From: Polynucleobacter necessarius
GTDB taxonomy: Bacteria; Pseudomonadota; Gammaproteobacteria; Burkholderiales; Burkholderiaceae
Reading direction: 5' to 3'
NCBI RefSeq assembly: GCF_900095195.1
Contig: NZ_LT606950.1
Location: forward strand, 847,207 to 879,206
DNA: 32,000 nucleotides
Part shown: in pieces, positions 30,333-32,000 of the stretch
Position numbering within the stretch: position 1 is the stretch's first letter
How the letters are laid out: the number at the start of each line of letters is the position of its first letter
Made by a program: the position numbers and the translations under genes
Notes under the pieces: generated by a model
The model's input: only the letters and a program-made list of their open reading frames with translations
What the model was told of the DNA's origin: nothing
The model's database searches: none

Positions 30333-32000
30333 TCAGATTCTACTGGCTTGAGCTTGCGTTAATTCACGGCCACGGAACCAGCCATAAATAACCGGGAGCA
30401 CTAAAAGCGTCAGAATGATCGTCGTTACCATGCCACCCACGATCACCAAAGCCAATGGGCGCTGCACCTCAGAACCAATCGAGTGGGACAAGGCGGCAGG
30501 CAACAGACCTAAACCCGAGAGCGCAGCCGTCATGAGTGCCGGACGAACACGCAACGATGCGCCCTCTACCATGATGTCTTTCATCTCACCATGCTCGCTA
30601 GCTGCAGTCTTATTAATGAAGGAGATCAAAATCACACCGTCCTGAATCGCAATGCCAAAAAGCGATAAAAAAACCAAAGAATGCCGAGACACTGAGGGTT
30701 TCACCAGCGAGATGCAAGGCAATGACTCCGCCAATGGCTGCAAATGGCACATTGATCATCACAATAAAAGCGTCGCGGAAATTGCCGAAAGCGCTCACTA
30801 GTAACAAGAAGATACCCAACAGCGCTAACGGTACGATCAACATTAATTTCTTTTGTGCCTGCTTCATCTGATTGAACCGGCCATCAAACGTCTTCTCATC
30901 TTTGAGTAAGTTTGTCACCGCTGCGCCACCAATGGCATTCGCTACGACCGTCTGAATATCGTTCACATTGATGTTGTAGAGTGATGCACGCTCGCGATCA
31001 ATCTGAATATTCAAGGTGGGTTGACCCAATTCTTTCAAGATGCCTTCATCCACTACGCCACGCACTTTCTTGAGTTGCTCAATGTTGCTCAATCACCTCA
31101 TGCGCTTTTTGATCGAGCACCTCTAAGTCAGTACCGTAAATCTTGACCGAGTTCTCCCCCTTGACTCCAGAGAGTGCTTCATTGACGTTATCTTGGATGC
31201 ACTGAGAGAAGCTATAAGCAATCCTTGGAATCTTATTGAGCTCCGTCTCAAGGTGTGCAATCAGATCTTTCTTAGAAGATTCGCTGGGCATATTCTCGGG
31301 ACTCTTAAGGTATAAACCGTATTCCTGGTCAAACACCCCCGTCGAATCCGTGCGAGATCATTTGGACGTCCAATTTGGGCGGCAACCTTATCAATCTCCG
31401 GTTGCTTCATAAAAGTTTCGCGCAATTGATTGGCAATCTTGACCGAGTAACCGAGATCCACAGTATTTGGTAGCGTGACACGCAACCAAATATTATTCTC
31501 TTCTAAAGTCGGTAAGAACGCTGTTCCCAAGCGGGTCATACTGAGGAGAGTTAAGCCCAACACAAAGACTGCGACTGAGAAAATGGTTAATGGACGATCC
31601 ATCCAGCGTTTGAGGAGTGGCTTGTAGCTATCCAAAATCTTCGTAATAAAGGATGGGGTTTGTGATGCAGGTTCTCACCAAAAACCAATGAGATCATGTC
31701 CGGCAAGAACGTCAGACTGAGTACCATTGCGGCAATCAAAGCAAAGCCCATTGTAAATGCCGTCGGTTTAAAGATGATGCCTTCAACGCCACCCAAAAAG
31801 AACAAGGGCGAGTAAGCCACGATGATGATGCCAGTGGAGTACACCACAAATGCATCTGAATGAACGAAACGCACAATGCTAATGGAATGACAGCGGCCAC
31901 TACCGCAGCAGCCCGAATATTGCCCAAGAAGAAAAACAACACAGCCAACACCAACGAGATTCCAAAGAACAAGGTGTGTTTAACGGTACCAATCATCCAA
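30333..32000 (-). pseudogene. CzcA/CusA-type heavy-metal RND efflux permease, pseudogene (5' part continues beyond the window)
   Basis: Six collinear ORF fragments. The C-terminus reads GIAIQDGVILISFINK...RPALMTAALSGLGLLPAALSHSIGSEVQRPLALVIVGGMVTTIILTLLVLPVIY. Upstream are LVLAVLFFFLGNIRAAAVVAAVIPLAL and FFLGGVEGIIFKPTAFTMGFALIAAMVLSLTFLP. There are multiple frameshifts and apparent internal deletions at ~30880-30885 (EKTFD | GRFNQMKQAQKKL, about 100 codons missing) and ~31855-31875. Confidence 0.85.

Overview
This is a chromosomal window from a moderate-GC betaproteobacterium, read almost entirely on the minus strand. Gene content and order look Burkholderiaceae-like: tal | rnr-rlmB | tRNA-Leu | purA-hisZ-hflC-hflK-hflX-hfq-der-bamB-yfgM-hisS-ispG-rlmN-ndk | BI-1 | rlmD | nlpD-pcm-surE | RND pump.

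About 21 protein genes look intact, and there is one tRNA-Leu(CAG). Nine genes are visibly degraded by frameshifts, in-frame stops, internal deletions or truncation:
- a LIP-family lipase
- a Bug/TctC binding protein
- an MFS transporter
- a small 2-TM ion-channel gene
- malate synthase G
- hflX
- a PolB-exo-like 3'-5' exonuclease
- surE
- a CzcA-type RND pump

rlmD also carries a frameshift in its last 13 codons.

Pseudogenes interleaved with intact, tightly packed housekeeping operons are the signature of ongoing reductive genome evolution. The pattern resembles what is known for the obligate symbiont Polynucleobacter necessarius, but that assignment is inference only.

I found no CRISPR array, transposase, integrase, prophage, or recognisable defence or toxin module, and I cannot support a claim of a novel multi-gene system here.

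The most unusual items are:
1. A small channel gene whose inner-helix coding segment sits inverted on the opposite strand.
2. An uncharacterised Cys/His (papain-like pattern) protein converging on that channel gene.
3. Selective decay of hflX and surE inside otherwise intact, overlap-coupled operons.
4. The terminal frameshift in rlmD.
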